Shown here piece by piece: positions 1 to 8,493 of a DNA stretch of 64,000 nt. The position numbers were made by a program, and so were the translations under genes. How positions within the stretch are numbered: the first letter of the stretch is position 1; every line of letters starts with the position of its first letter. The stretch covers positions 128,001 to 192,000 of the forward strand of contig CAVSSM010000009.1 of assembly GCA_963730605.1 (NCBI GenBank). The letters are read 5' to 3'. The stretch is from an uncultured Chlamydiae bacterium. GTDB taxonomy: Bacteria > Chlamydiota > Chlamydiia > Chlamydiales > SM23-39. Below the pieces are notes generated by a model that was not told the origin of the DNA, ran no database searches, and saw nothing but the letters and a program-made list of their open reading frames with translations.

Positions 1-125
1 TTAATCACCAGGTCGCCGGGGAGTTTCCCGATCCAACCAGTCAGCCAAGGAATAGCCACTTTAAAATGGATGACGAGGCCCAGGACCACAATGAGTAAGC
101 CCGTCATCATCAGAAATCGGCCCAT
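1..125 (-). CDS. DUF2905-like small membrane protein (partial, runs off window start)
   Basis: Manual translation MGRFLMMTGLLIVVLGLVIHFKVAIPWLTGWIGKLPGDLVI; hydrophobic N-terminus followed by a G[KR]LPGD motif. Confidence 0.7.
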   Translation of the reverse strand, partial: MGRFLMMTGLLIVVLGLVIHFKVAIPWLTGWIGKLPGDLVI

Positions 126-141
126 CTGGAGAGCCCCCTGC

Positions 142-450
142 TCAAGTCGCTGACATAATAAAATCTTTGATCGCCTCGGCGTTCCGGAGGCCGACCAAGC
201 GGTTGACCTCTTTACCGTCCTTAAAGAGGATCATCGTAGGAACGGAAGTAATCTGAAAGCGGGTCGCCGTCTTTTGCTCGGCGTCGATATCGATTTTTCC
301 GAGGGAGGCCTTCCCCTTGAGCTCCTTGGAAACCTGCTCCAAAACAGGGGCCAGCATGCGGCAAGGACCGCACCAATTCGCATGGAAATCGACAAGGGTC
401 ACCCCTTGTTTGATCTCCGCATCGAAATTTGCATCTGTTAAGTGTTTCAT
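142..450 (-). CDS. trxA: Thioredoxin
   Basis: WCGPC active site; start MKHLTD at 450 preceded by GGAGG. Confidence 0.95.
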   Translation of the reverse strand: MKHLTDANFDAEIKQGVTLVDFHANWCGPCRMLAPVLEQVSKELKGKASLGKIDIDAEQKTATRFQITSVPTMILFKDGKEVNRLVGLRNAEAIKDFIMSAT

Positions 451-555
451 AGATCCTCCACTATTCATGGCACCATACTATCTATTTTCAAGTTTCCCGT
501 CTAGATAACAGACCTTTACCGGAATTTCTAAAGGACTTATAATCATCTGCATTCC

Positions 556-639
556 GCGGCCATGGCGGAATTGGCAGACGCGCTAGATTCAGGTTCTAGT
601 CGGGGCAACTCGGTGGATGTTCGAGTCATCTTGGCCGCA
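556..639 (+). tRNA. tRNA-Leu (CAG)
   Basis: Acceptor stem GCGGCCA/TGGCCGC, D arm GGCGGAATTGGCAGACGC, anticodon arm CTAGA-TTCAGGT-TCTAG, long variable arm, GTTCGAGT T-loop; CCA not encoded. Confidence 0.95.
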
Positions 640-643
640 AGAT

Positions 644-891
644 TAACCCGAGGGGGAAACAGGTGGCAACAAATGGGTTCGCGAGGCAAAGAAAAATTGA
701 AGCGGGTTTGCCCGCGTTCTACGCGAGGCTGCGGAAACACGGAGAAGGTCCAGTGGACCTTCGGAGTGCGGAGCAGGTGAACGAAGTGAACCGGCCCGGA
801 GGGAACATTCTTGAATAAGAAGGACTCCGAGCGAAGATCGATTTTTCAAAGCCGCAGCAAGCCATTTGTCACCTGTTGAACCCTCGGGTTA
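644..891. mobile_element. Miniature inverted-repeat element (MITE-like), TA-flanked
   Basis: Imperfect ~30 bp terminal IR TAACCCGAGGGGGAAACAGGTGGCAACAAATGG ... CCATTTGTCACCTGTTGAACCCTCGGGTTA; internal hairpin GAAGGTCCAGTGGACCTTC; no credible ORF. Confidence 0.7.
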
Positions 892-893
892 AT

Positions 894-1508
894 ATGCAAA
901 CAGCGATCCTAGCAAACGGTCAAATCGACGACCTCGATGCCCTCCTCCCTTCCATTTTGAGGCATGAGCGGGTCGTCGCTGTCGACGCCGGCCTTATCCA
1001 TTGCAAGAAAGCGAATCTTACTCCTCACTTTATTGTGGGGGATTTCGATTCCTGCCCTCCAGAACTTCTAGATGCCAACGAAGCGGTTCCAAAAAAGAGC
1101 CTGACGAGGGACAAAGATAAAACCGACCTTGAAGTTGCCGTCGAGGAGGAGTTCGAGCGCGGATCGGACCTTGTGACTCTTTTCGGAGCTTGGGGAAAAC
1201 GGATCGACCATAGTTTGACCAATGCCCTTATCCTCGGCAGATATCCTGGCAAATTACGCCTTGAAACTGAAACCGAAATCGCATTCGCTATCCGCGGCAA
1301 AGCCGAATGGGCATGCCCTGTGGGACAAACGATTTCCCTGATTCCTCTATACGGCCCAGCCAAAGGGATCAATACCACTGGGCTCAAATGGGAATTGAAA
1401 AACGGCACCCTAGATCAAAATTTCATCGGAATTTCGAACGTGAGCCTGAAGATGCGCGTAACGGTTGAAATCAAGGACGGGCAGCTCCTCTGCTGCCAGA
1501 TCAAATAA
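894..1508 (+). CDS. thiN: Thiamine pyrophosphokinase
   Basis: AVDAG, GDFDS, DKDKTDLE, GKRIDH, GLKW and ISN motifs; ATG at 894 (MQTAILANG). Confidence 0.93.
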   Translation: MQTAILANGQIDDLDALLPSILRHERVVAVDAGLIHCKKANLTPHFIVGDFDSCPPELLDANEAVPKKSLTRDKDKTDLEVAVEEEFERGSDLVTLFGAWGKRIDHSLTNALILGRYPGKLRLETETEIAFAIRGKAEWACPVGQTISLIPLYGPAKGINTTGLKWELKNGTLDQNFIGISNVSLKMRVTVEIKDGQLLCCQIK

Positions 1509-1629
1509 CCTGAGTTTTGAGTTCGAAGCTTCTGGTGCTCTGAGAGATAAGTAAAAAATCGTGAAAAAGACCTCTGTCTGATGTAAAGTTTTTGTTTGCA
1601 ACAACAAACCAAATCAGAAGAGGTCAAAA

Positions 1630-2629
1630 ATGAAGTGAATGGGATAAACATCTCATTAATCGCACATGGCCACATGGACCAGATCGGGAACTTTCTACTC
1701 CAGAAATGATGACGATCATTGTTTATTCCATCAGTGAACCTATCCTCCAATTCTTCACGATCCCTTTACGGCACGCTTTTGGGCGCTTTTCGCGCCTCCG
1801 CCCTCGTAAAGATCACCGTCCCGATATTTACTTCGGGCGGTCGATGACGAAAAATCGCCTCAAAATCGACCATAAATGAATCATTAAGAATTGGAGGATA
1901 GGTTCGTCACACTTTAGAAATTTTAAACACTTTTACTGCGACTATGTTCTTAAATTTCTCAGAAAAGAATTTCCAAAACTAACTAGTTACAGTCGATTTG
2001 TACATTTAATAAAAAATCTCTTCGTGCTTCTGTTCGCATTTCTCCTGTACAGCAGAGGCAAAATTACAGGAATCGCATTCGTCGATTCGACGAAGATCCA
2101 AATTTGCCACAACAAGCGCATTCCAAGAAACAAAGTTTTTGCCGGTTGGGCAAAAAGAGGAAAGACGACAGCTGGGTAGTTTTATGGATTTAAATTGCAT
2201 TTGATTATCAACGAATTAGGTGAAATTTTGGCATTTCAGTTTACTGCAGGGAATGTAGCTGACGTATCGGTGCTCGAACAGTTCTCACGGGGAATCGTTG
2301 GGAAGTTATTTGGAGATAAGGGCTATATTTCCGCCAAAATTGCAATGAAACTTTTTGAGCGTGGACTACGATTATTCACTACACTGAGAAATAAAATGAA
2401 AAACAAGTTGATGGCCATGAAAGACAAAATATTATTCAGGAAACGAGTTTTGGTTGAAACAGTCAATGACCAACTAAAAAACATCTCGCAGCTAGAGCAC
2501 ACAAGACACAGGTCTGTTGCGAATTTTTTCATCAATGCTTTGGCTGCTATCGCGGCTTATATTCGTCAGCCAAAAAAACCTCATATGAATTTAGGAGAAC
2601 AGGAGGATGGACTGGTAGTGCATTTTTGA
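1630..2629 (+). pseudogene. IS982-family transposase, disrupted (C-terminal part intact at 2195-2629; start approximate)
   Basis: LHLIINELGE...GKLFGDKGYIS...VETVNDQLKN...EHTRHRS motifs; N-terminal EMMTII/HQSHFRNFKHFY segment is split by an inserted element and frameshifts. Confidence 0.85.
1736..1905. mobile_element. MITE nested in the IS982 transposase
   Basis: Perfect 20-bp TIR GAACCTATCCTCCAATTCTT / AAGAATTGGAGGATAGGTTC; 2-bp GT duplication; removal restores CAT CAG TCA CAC TTT AGA (HQSHFR). Confidence 0.9.
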
Positions 2630-2658
2630 ACCCAAAACTCAGGTAAATAAGAGACTTT

Positions 2659-3432
2659 CTATGATGGGGGATAGTTGGTGGGATAAAAAACAATCTGTTG
2701 CACTTGTTCTGCCGATACGATCACTGACCAAGAAAATATTGAGGATAATGGTTTATAAGTAATGAGCAGAAACTCGTTGGATAGCACTGAAATGGTTGTT
2801 ACATTTGGGATGGCTCCCGGCGCGACGGCAGACGCAAAAGGAACGTAAAAGGGGCCAGAGAGAGTTGTAGTAATCCAAAGTTGAGAGCCGTTATTTCCGT
2901 TAAATGTAGTGGGAAAAGAGAGAAATTGTTGAGCAATATTTTGAATATCCGCCGCTCGCAAGCTGGGATTGATCGTAACCAAAGGAAGAATATTTGCTGC
3001 AAACGTGGATTGGAATGCAGGGGTCAAAGGAAAAGGGGGGCTGATCGTATTTCGATAAGCAACCGTGACGATCTGGTCAATGCCAACGACCAGAAATTGC
3101 GTGTTTTGAGAGATCCCCACGGTGCCATTCGGATTATATGCGAAGATAAAAAGAGTTGAATTCGGAGCAGCAAAGGGAAACGTGCTGGTGTTTTGCACAT
3201 AAGGGATGATCCCATTCTGCACGCCAGGGGCTCGGAGAAATGCGGGGCTTGCCTGGGTTTGGATCACAACTTCTCCAGAAGAGGTCGCCAGGCTAAAAGC
3301 TGTATCCAAGATGTTGGCGAAGTCCTCTCCTCTCGTTTTAGCATCGATCCGGAAAAGATCGAGCGGGGGGCTTGCAACCCCCACCGAGAAGCGGGCAGCT
3401 ACGATGAAAGCAGCTAATAAGATTTTTTTCAC
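2659..3432 (-). CDS. Hypothetical exported protein with two internally repeated domains
   Basis: Signal-peptide-like N-terminus (MKKILLAAFIVAARFSVGVA); the two halves align (RGEDFANI...GIIPYV...YNP...DQIV vs RAADIQNI...GAIPNV...YKP...EQV). Confidence 0.7.
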   Translation of the reverse strand: MKKILLAAFIVAARFSVGVASPPLDLFRIDAKTRGEDFANILDTAFSLATSSGEVVIQTQASPAFLRAPGVQNGIIPYVQNTSTFPFAAPNSTLFIFAYNPNGTVGISQNTQFLVVGIDQIVTVAYRNTISPPFPLTPAFQSTFAANILPLVTINPSLRAADIQNIAQQFLSFPTTFNGNNGSQLWITTTLSGPFYVPFASAVAPGAIPNVTTISVLSNEFLLITYKPLSSIFSWSVIVSAEQVQQIVFYPTNYPPS

Positions 3433-3475
3433 GAATGAAGGGTAGGAGCTATAAAAATTATTTGCAATGCAATCT

Positions 3476-4801
3476 TTAAGGAGGCGACCCTTGAGCCCCT
3501 CTTTCGAGCCAGGATTGTAAATCCTTGAACGATTGCGCCGTCCGCTCGGTGAGCAGCCGTTCTCTTTCCCTTTTATCCTCTCCTCCTAAATCGCTCCACT
3601 CGATGGGAGTGCCGAAAACGACGGAGATTTTTCCAAAGAGCTTAGGAAACCTTCTTGTCATCGGCCAGGCGGAAAAAGTCCCTTTAATATAAGCGGGAAA
3701 TATCCGGCAGTGCGCTTTCGAGGCGATGAAAGAAAGCCCCCGTTCCAACGGTTGCAATTCCCCGTCTTTTGAGCGCCTTCCCTCGGGAAAGAGGATCACC
3801 TTTTTCCCCTCCTGGAGCAAGCGGACAAGAGCGCGAAATGTTGAGGCGTCGGCAGCGGAGCGTGAAACTGGATGTGAGTTCAAGACGCGGATGAGACGTC
3901 CGAGAAGCGGAATTTCGAAAAGCGGTTCCTTCGCCAAAAAATGGACCTCTTCAGGACAAGAGATCGACAAGACGGGAGGATCGTAAAGAGATGTGTGGTT
4001 GGAAGCGATGATCCCTGCCCCCGGCTGCAAGTGTTCCAGACCGTATACTCTCAAGCGAAAACAGACTTTAAAGAAAATCCGCGCCATCCAATAGATCAGG
4101 GCGTAGATCCATTTTTTCTTCGGGTAGAGCTTGTTTTGAGACATGAGCCGAAGGATTTGATCGACTACGCTCTCAACTTCCGTCTCAGAGGTGTCGATGA
4201 GGTAGGCATCCTTTGCCATTTGCAAGGGAGAAACGGCGCGGGTCGAATCATTCCGGTCCCTCTCTTCGATCTCTTTTAAAATTTGGGTGTAGTCTAACGT
4301 TTGCTCCATCTCCGGAAATTTCTTGAGAAGTTCCTCGTAGCGGCGCTGAGCCCTCACTTCAGGCTTGGCCGTAAGGAAAATCTTCAAGTCAGCATCGGGA
4401 AATACGACAGTCCCCATATCGCGTCCCTCGAAAACGGCATTGCATCGATGGCTGAATTTCTTTTGGATCTCTACAAGCGCAGCGCGCACTTCAGGTACGC
4501 TAGCAATTTTGGATGCCGCGGCGGACATTTGCGGTTCGCGGATAGCTGCTGTGACGTCGTTTCCGCATACGAAATAGCGCCGCTCTGATTTCTCATCGAT
4601 TTTGACGTCGTATTCGAAACGGGGAAGCAGCCGGCAAATATTTTCTCGGTCGGCCAGGTCCACATTTTCTTGGACGACCATCCAGGCAAGAGATCGATAC
4701 ATGGCTCCCGTATCGAAAAAGGTAAAGCCGAGTTTTTGGGCGACTCTCCTCGCTACGGTTGATTTTCCTGTGCCGGCAGGTCCGTCGATTACGATGATCA
4801 T
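3476..4801 (-). CDS. cmk: Fused cytidylate kinase / 1-acyl-sn-glycerol-3-phosphate acyltransferase
   Basis: N-terminal IDGPAGTGKST, DTGAMYR, EGRDMGTVVFPDA; C-terminal NHTSLYD and FPEGRRS PlsC motifs. Confidence 0.92.
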   Translation of the reverse strand: MIIVIDGPAGTGKSTVARRVAQKLGFTFFDTGAMYRSLAWMVVQENVDLADRENICRLLPRFEYDVKIDEKSERRYFVCGNDVTAAIREPQMSAAASKIASVPEVRAALVEIQKKFSHRCNAVFEGRDMGTVVFPDADLKIFLTAKPEVRAQRRYEELLKKFPEMEQTLDYTQILKEIEERDRNDSTRAVSPLQMAKDAYLIDTSETEVESVVDQILRLMSQNKLYPKKKWIYALIYWMARIFFKVCFRLRVYGLEHLQPGAGIIASNHTSLYDPPVLSISCPEEVHFLAKEPLFEIPLLGRLIRVLNSHPVSRSAADASTFRALVRLLQEGKKVILFPEGRRSKDGELQPLERGLSFIASKAHCRIFPAYIKGTFSAWPMTRRFPKLFGKISVVFGTPIEWSDLGGEDKRERERLLTERTAQSFKDLQSWLERGAQGSPP

Positions 4802-5643
4802 AAATAATATTTTGTGTAGAAGAATATGATGAAAGCGTTAAAGAGAAGCGAATCGGTCAAATCGAGAACCCCTCCGAGTCCCGGGAGATCATTGCTGTCT
4901 TTTTTATTGGCATCGCGCTTGAGAAGCGATTCGGAAAGGTCGCCGAATTGTCCGATGGATCCGAGGATGAGCCCCAGCGCGATCGATTCAACTCCTCCCA
5001 ATTGGAAGCGGGCGTTCCCGAAAAAATAGCTGATAAGGTAGAAGATGGCGCTCGCGGCTATCGAGCAAATGAGGCCGACGATCGCCCCTTCCACGGTTTT
5101 TCCTGGGCTGATCATAGGAGCAAGCTTGCGTTTGCCCCATAGATTGCCGCCGAAATAGGCCCCAATATCGGTGATCTTTGTCACAATGAGCAAATAGGCG
5201 ATCCACCATCTCCCGTCCTGTCCCCCCGCTTGTCCAAAGAGGATGGCCAAAGTCATTCCCATAGGGACCGCTATATAAAGAAGACCAAATGACGAGACGG
5301 CCAAGTCGACGACGGCCCCCTCTTTTTCCTTGAAATGAAGAGCGATCAGAATCAGGAACCCTAGAAAGAAGACTAGCATCGGAAGGCTCGATGACTTGAG
5401 CCAGAGAGAGGAGGCGAAAAAGGAAAGAACCTGAATGACGCCAATTGCGATCAAGGCGGAAATGATCTTTGCTCCTTTTGCTTTGACAAATTGCTCATAC
5501 TCCCAAAGAGCAATGCCGCTCAATGCCGCGACAACTCCGGCTACAATAAATTGAAACCAAAAAAGATCGGAAAAAAAGATCAAAGCAGCTGCGGCTATGA
5601 TCGAAATGACGGAAACTACAGTTCTTTTGGCCAAATCTTTCAT
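4798..5643 (-). CDS. cdsA: Phosphatidate cytidylyltransferase
   Basis: DIGAYFGG, SPGKTVEG, GDLSESLLKR..KDS..PGLGGVLD. Confidence 0.95.
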   Translation of the reverse strand: MKDLAKRTVVSVISIIAAAALIFFSDLFWFQFIVAGVVAALSGIALWEYEQFVKAKGAKIISALIAIGVIQVLSFFASSLWLKSSSLPMLVFFLGFLILIALHFKEKEGAVVDLAVSSFGLLYIAVPMGMTLAILFGQAGGQDGRWWIAYLLIVTKITDIGAYFGGNLWGKRKLAPMISPGKTVEGAIVGLICSIAASAIFYLISYFFGNARFQLGGVESIALGLILGSIGQFGDLSESLLKRDANKKDSNDLPGLGGVLDLTDSLLFNAFIIFFYTKYYL

Positions 5644-5647
5644 CGGT

Positions 5648-6418
5648 CTAACCTCCTAATCTCCGGCCTCTTCTTTGGAAAGCTTCCACAGCTTCCAAAA
5701 GATCTCGTGAAGAAAAATCGGGCCATAGCTTTTCAGTCACATAAATTTCAGCATAGGAAATCTGCCAGAGAAGAAAATTACTCACCCGGAACTCGCCGCT
5801 GGTTCGGATCATCAGCTCCGGATCTGTCCAAGGGCTCGTATCGAGATGGCGGGAAATCAGGTCTTCGGTCAGCTCATGAGGCGAAAATGGATGTCTTTGG
5901 TTCAATTCAAGGATTTTAATCATCGCGCGACGGATCTCGTCGCGGGCTCCATAATTCAGTGCAAGGACCAGATTGATCTTCCGACAATGCTCTGTCGCCA
6001 TCTGTGCAGCCAAGAAAGCCTCCTGAACGTGCCTCGGAAAGCGGCCTAAATCGCCGATCGTCTTGAGCCGAACCCCTTCGCGGAGCATCCACTCTTTCTT
6101 TCGGATCAAATAGACCTCGAATAGCTGCATGAGGGCGGCGACTTCTTCTTCTGCACGGAGCCAATTCTCAGTGGAAAAAGAAAAGACGGTGACTGTCTGG
6201 ATCCCGAGTTCCGAGGCTGCGCGCACCACATCGGTCAACACTTCCGCCCCTTCCCAATGCCCCATCATGGGAGGAAGACCCCTTTGTTTTGCCCAGCGGC
6301 GATTGCCATCCATGATGATGGCGACATGTTTTGGGATTTTTAATAGATCGAGCCGCGTTAAATCGTCGGAATTAAAAATGCTCACGAGGGTGGGTTGTTC
6401 AAGAGATGAAGAAGTCAT
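5648..6418 (-). CDS. uppS: Undecaprenyl diphosphate synthase
   Basis: HVAIIMDGNRRWA, FSTENW, IRTSGEFRVSNFLLWQ; ATG at 6418 overlaps the purA stop. Confidence 0.95.
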   Translation of the reverse strand: MTSSSLEQPTLVSIFNSDDLTRLDLLKIPKHVAIIMDGNRRWAKQRGLPPMMGHWEGAEVLTDVVRAASELGIQTVTVFSFSTENWLRAEEEVAALMQLFEVYLIRKKEWMLREGVRLKTIGDLGRFPRHVQEAFLAAQMATEHCRKINLVLALNYGARDEIRRAMIKILELNQRHPFSPHELTEDLISRHLDTSPWTDPELMIRTSGEFRVSNFLLWQISYAEIYVTEKLWPDFSSRDLLEAVEAFQRRGRRLGG

Positions 6419-7698
6419 TCGAAAAACCGGTCCAGCCACAAAGTTTTTTCCCGCTCCGGTCCCACTGATACGAGCGAAGCGGGGATGCCGCACAGCTCTT
6501 CAATGCGCCGGATGTAGGCTTTCGCTTGTCTTGGCAAATCATGATAAGCCTCTATGCCCCTCGTGGAACGCTTCCATCCAGGATGGGTTTCATAGACCGG
6601 AACGGCCACCTGCAGCTCATCGAGCGTCACCGGAAAGGAAGAGCCGTGTTTATATCTTGTGCAGATTTTGATTTCATCGAGTCCATCGAGAATATCCAGT
6701 TTCGTCAAAGCAAGGCTGTCAGCGCCATTTAAGCAGATAGTGTGCTTGATCATAAATGCATCGAACCAGCCGATCCTTCTTTTTCTGCCAGTAGTCGTTC
6801 CCAATTCCCGAGCCGTAGAATGGTCGGGGAACTGCGCCAATTCTTCCTGTTTCAGTTCAGTAGGAAACGGCCCGTTGCCGACTCGGGTCGTATAAACTTT
6901 AGCGACGCCGATCGTTTGGTCGATGAGGGAAGGGCCCACGCCTGCGCCTGAACAAACGCCGCCGGCTAAGGTGCAAGAGGAAGTGACGAACGGATAAGTT
7001 CCAAATGTATTGTCGAGAAGAGACCCTTGGGCTCCTTCAAATAAAATTTTCTCTTCCTTTTTGGAAGCCTCGTAGAGCAATTCTTCAACAGGGGCTGCAA
7101 AAGGAGATAAACGCTCGGCAAGTTTCTGATACTCATCGAAGATGGGGGCCAATTCAAGAGGGACGTGTGCATATAAGTTTTGCAGCTCCCTATTTTTTAG
7201 GCTCAGCGCCTTTTCTAGTTGAGCGTGGAAAGCCTTAGGATTCAAAAAATCGGCAATGCGGATGCCGCAGCGGTTGGCTTTATCCGTATAGCAAGGACCG
7301 ATGCCTCTCCCTGTCGTCCCGACCGCGCAAGCGCCTTTGGCCTTCTCAGAGAGCTGATCGAGCAGGCGGTGATAAGGCATCACCAGATGGGCATAGCGCG
7401 AGAGGAATAGGCGGTCTTCAAATGGAATTTGCCGTTTTTTAAGACCCTCGAATTCAGAAAGGAGAGAAACAGGGTCGATGACCGTTCCTCCTCCTATGTA
7501 GCAATTCGTGTGGGGATAAACGATCCCGGAAGGGACTACATGGAAACGGTATTCCTGTCCTTTGGCAACGATCGTATGGCCGGCGTTATTTCCGCCCTGC
7601 GCCCTTACGATATGGCGCGCCCTCTCTGAAAGGAGATCGATGACCTTCCCTTTTCCCTCGTCACCCCATTGCATTCCGATGACGGCGATGCTAGGCAT
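6415..7698 (-). CDS. purA: Adenylosuccinate synthetase
   Basis: QWGDEGKGK, GGNNAGHT, EGAQG, TTRVGNGPFPTE, GTTTGRKRR. Confidence 0.97.
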   Translation of the reverse strand: MPSIAVIGMQWGDEGKGKVIDLLSERARHIVRAQGGNNAGHTIVAKGQEYRFHVVPSGIVYPHTNCYIGGGTVIDPVSLLSEFEGLKKRQIPFEDRLFLSRYAHLVMPYHRLLDQLSEKAKGACAVGTTGRGIGPCYTDKANRCGIRIADFLNPKAFHAQLEKALSLKNRELQNLYAHVPLELAPIFDEYQKLAERLSPFAAPVEELLYEASKKEEKILFEGAQGSLLDNTFGTYPFVTSSCTLAGGVCSGAGVGPSLIDQTIGVAKVYTTRVGNGPFPTELKQEELAQFPDHSTARELGTTTGRKRRIGWFDAFMIKHTICLNGADSLALTKLDILDGLDEIKICTRYKHGSSFPVTLDELQVAVPVYETHPGWKRSTRGIEAYHDLPRQAKAYIRRIEELCGIPASLVSVGPEREKTLWLDRFFE

Positions 7699-7702
7699 AA
7701 GT

Positions 7703-7866
7703 TATACTGCTCCCACCCAAAAAATGTGAATCTGCCGGCGTCAGCTTGGCAGCATATTTTTGGTCTTCACGTCGGGCCGTGTCTATGAACACGTCCCTCG
7801 TTCCAGAGACAAAAATCTGCGCCGCTTCCTTGCCATTTTTCACACTTTTTGAGCGGTCGCAGTATA
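7703..7866. mobile_element. MITE, TA-flanked (TATACTGC...GCAGTATA ends)
   Basis: Imperfect TIR TATACTGCTCCCACCCAAAAAATGTGAA / TTCACACTTTTTGAGCGGTCGCAGTATA; the same ends recur at 54480-54770. Confidence 0.85.
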
Positions 7867-7906
7867 TCTCGAAAATATTCCTATGAATCATATAGGATTG
7901 AAACTA

Positions 7907-8373
7907 TTAGTGCCATCCCCAAACCAACCCGCTCTGGGAGTTGTATAAGACAAAGCTTGGCGCTCTGATCTTGCTTGCGGCAAAATAGATGCCAGCGCCC
8001 ACGATTCCGACAAGAGCGGCTGTGGCGACAACCTCTACAGCCGAATCGACCTCGAAGGCCCGCGCGGCGGCAGGAGAGACGACCGCTCCTACGCTTCCGA
8101 AAAAAACCCGGCTCAAACTATTGTCGATCCCCTTGAGGCTCTCTCTTAAGCAAGAGGTTTTCCTGCCCCAGGTCAGGAAAGTCTCGCCAACCCCATAGCT
8201 GGCGCTGGCCGCATACAGGGGGACGGCAGTGGCATTCAGAACGGCGTCAGCCAATAATTAAATCTCGCTGGGATGGTCTTCCTCCATGCCAATAAATACT
8301 GGCCTTTCGCATTGGCCTCGTAGGACTCGCGGAGGGCTCGATGAGCGGAATTTAAAAAAACCTTTGAGATCAT
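7907..8373 (-). CDS. Hypothetical membrane protein, probably frameshifted near 8260
   Basis: ORF 7907-8254 has hydrophobic segments; an out-of-frame upstream ORF from ATG 8373 (MISKVFLNSAHRALRES...) appears to be its N-terminus. Confidence 0.45.
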
Positions 8374-8493
8374 AAAAACTTGTAAGGTTTAATTATAGGG
8401 TGTAATTCAAATCCCATCAAGGTAAAAAATGTCTAGACAATATTTCGCCATACCTTATATCCTTACGTGTTTTGTCCATGAATCAGGTCTGGA

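Larger units (their letters stand above)
1508..2644 (+). mobile_element. IS982-family insertion sequence (decayed)
   Basis: TIRs ACCTGAGTTTTGAGTTC / GAACCCAAAACTCAGGT; 5-bp direct repeat AAATA at 1503-1507 and 2645-2649; transposase remnant inside. Confidence 0.85.

Noticed and set aside
543..849. Short ORFs overlapping the tRNA and the adjacent element
   Set aside because: Explained by tRNA-Leu and the inverted-repeat element; no protein features
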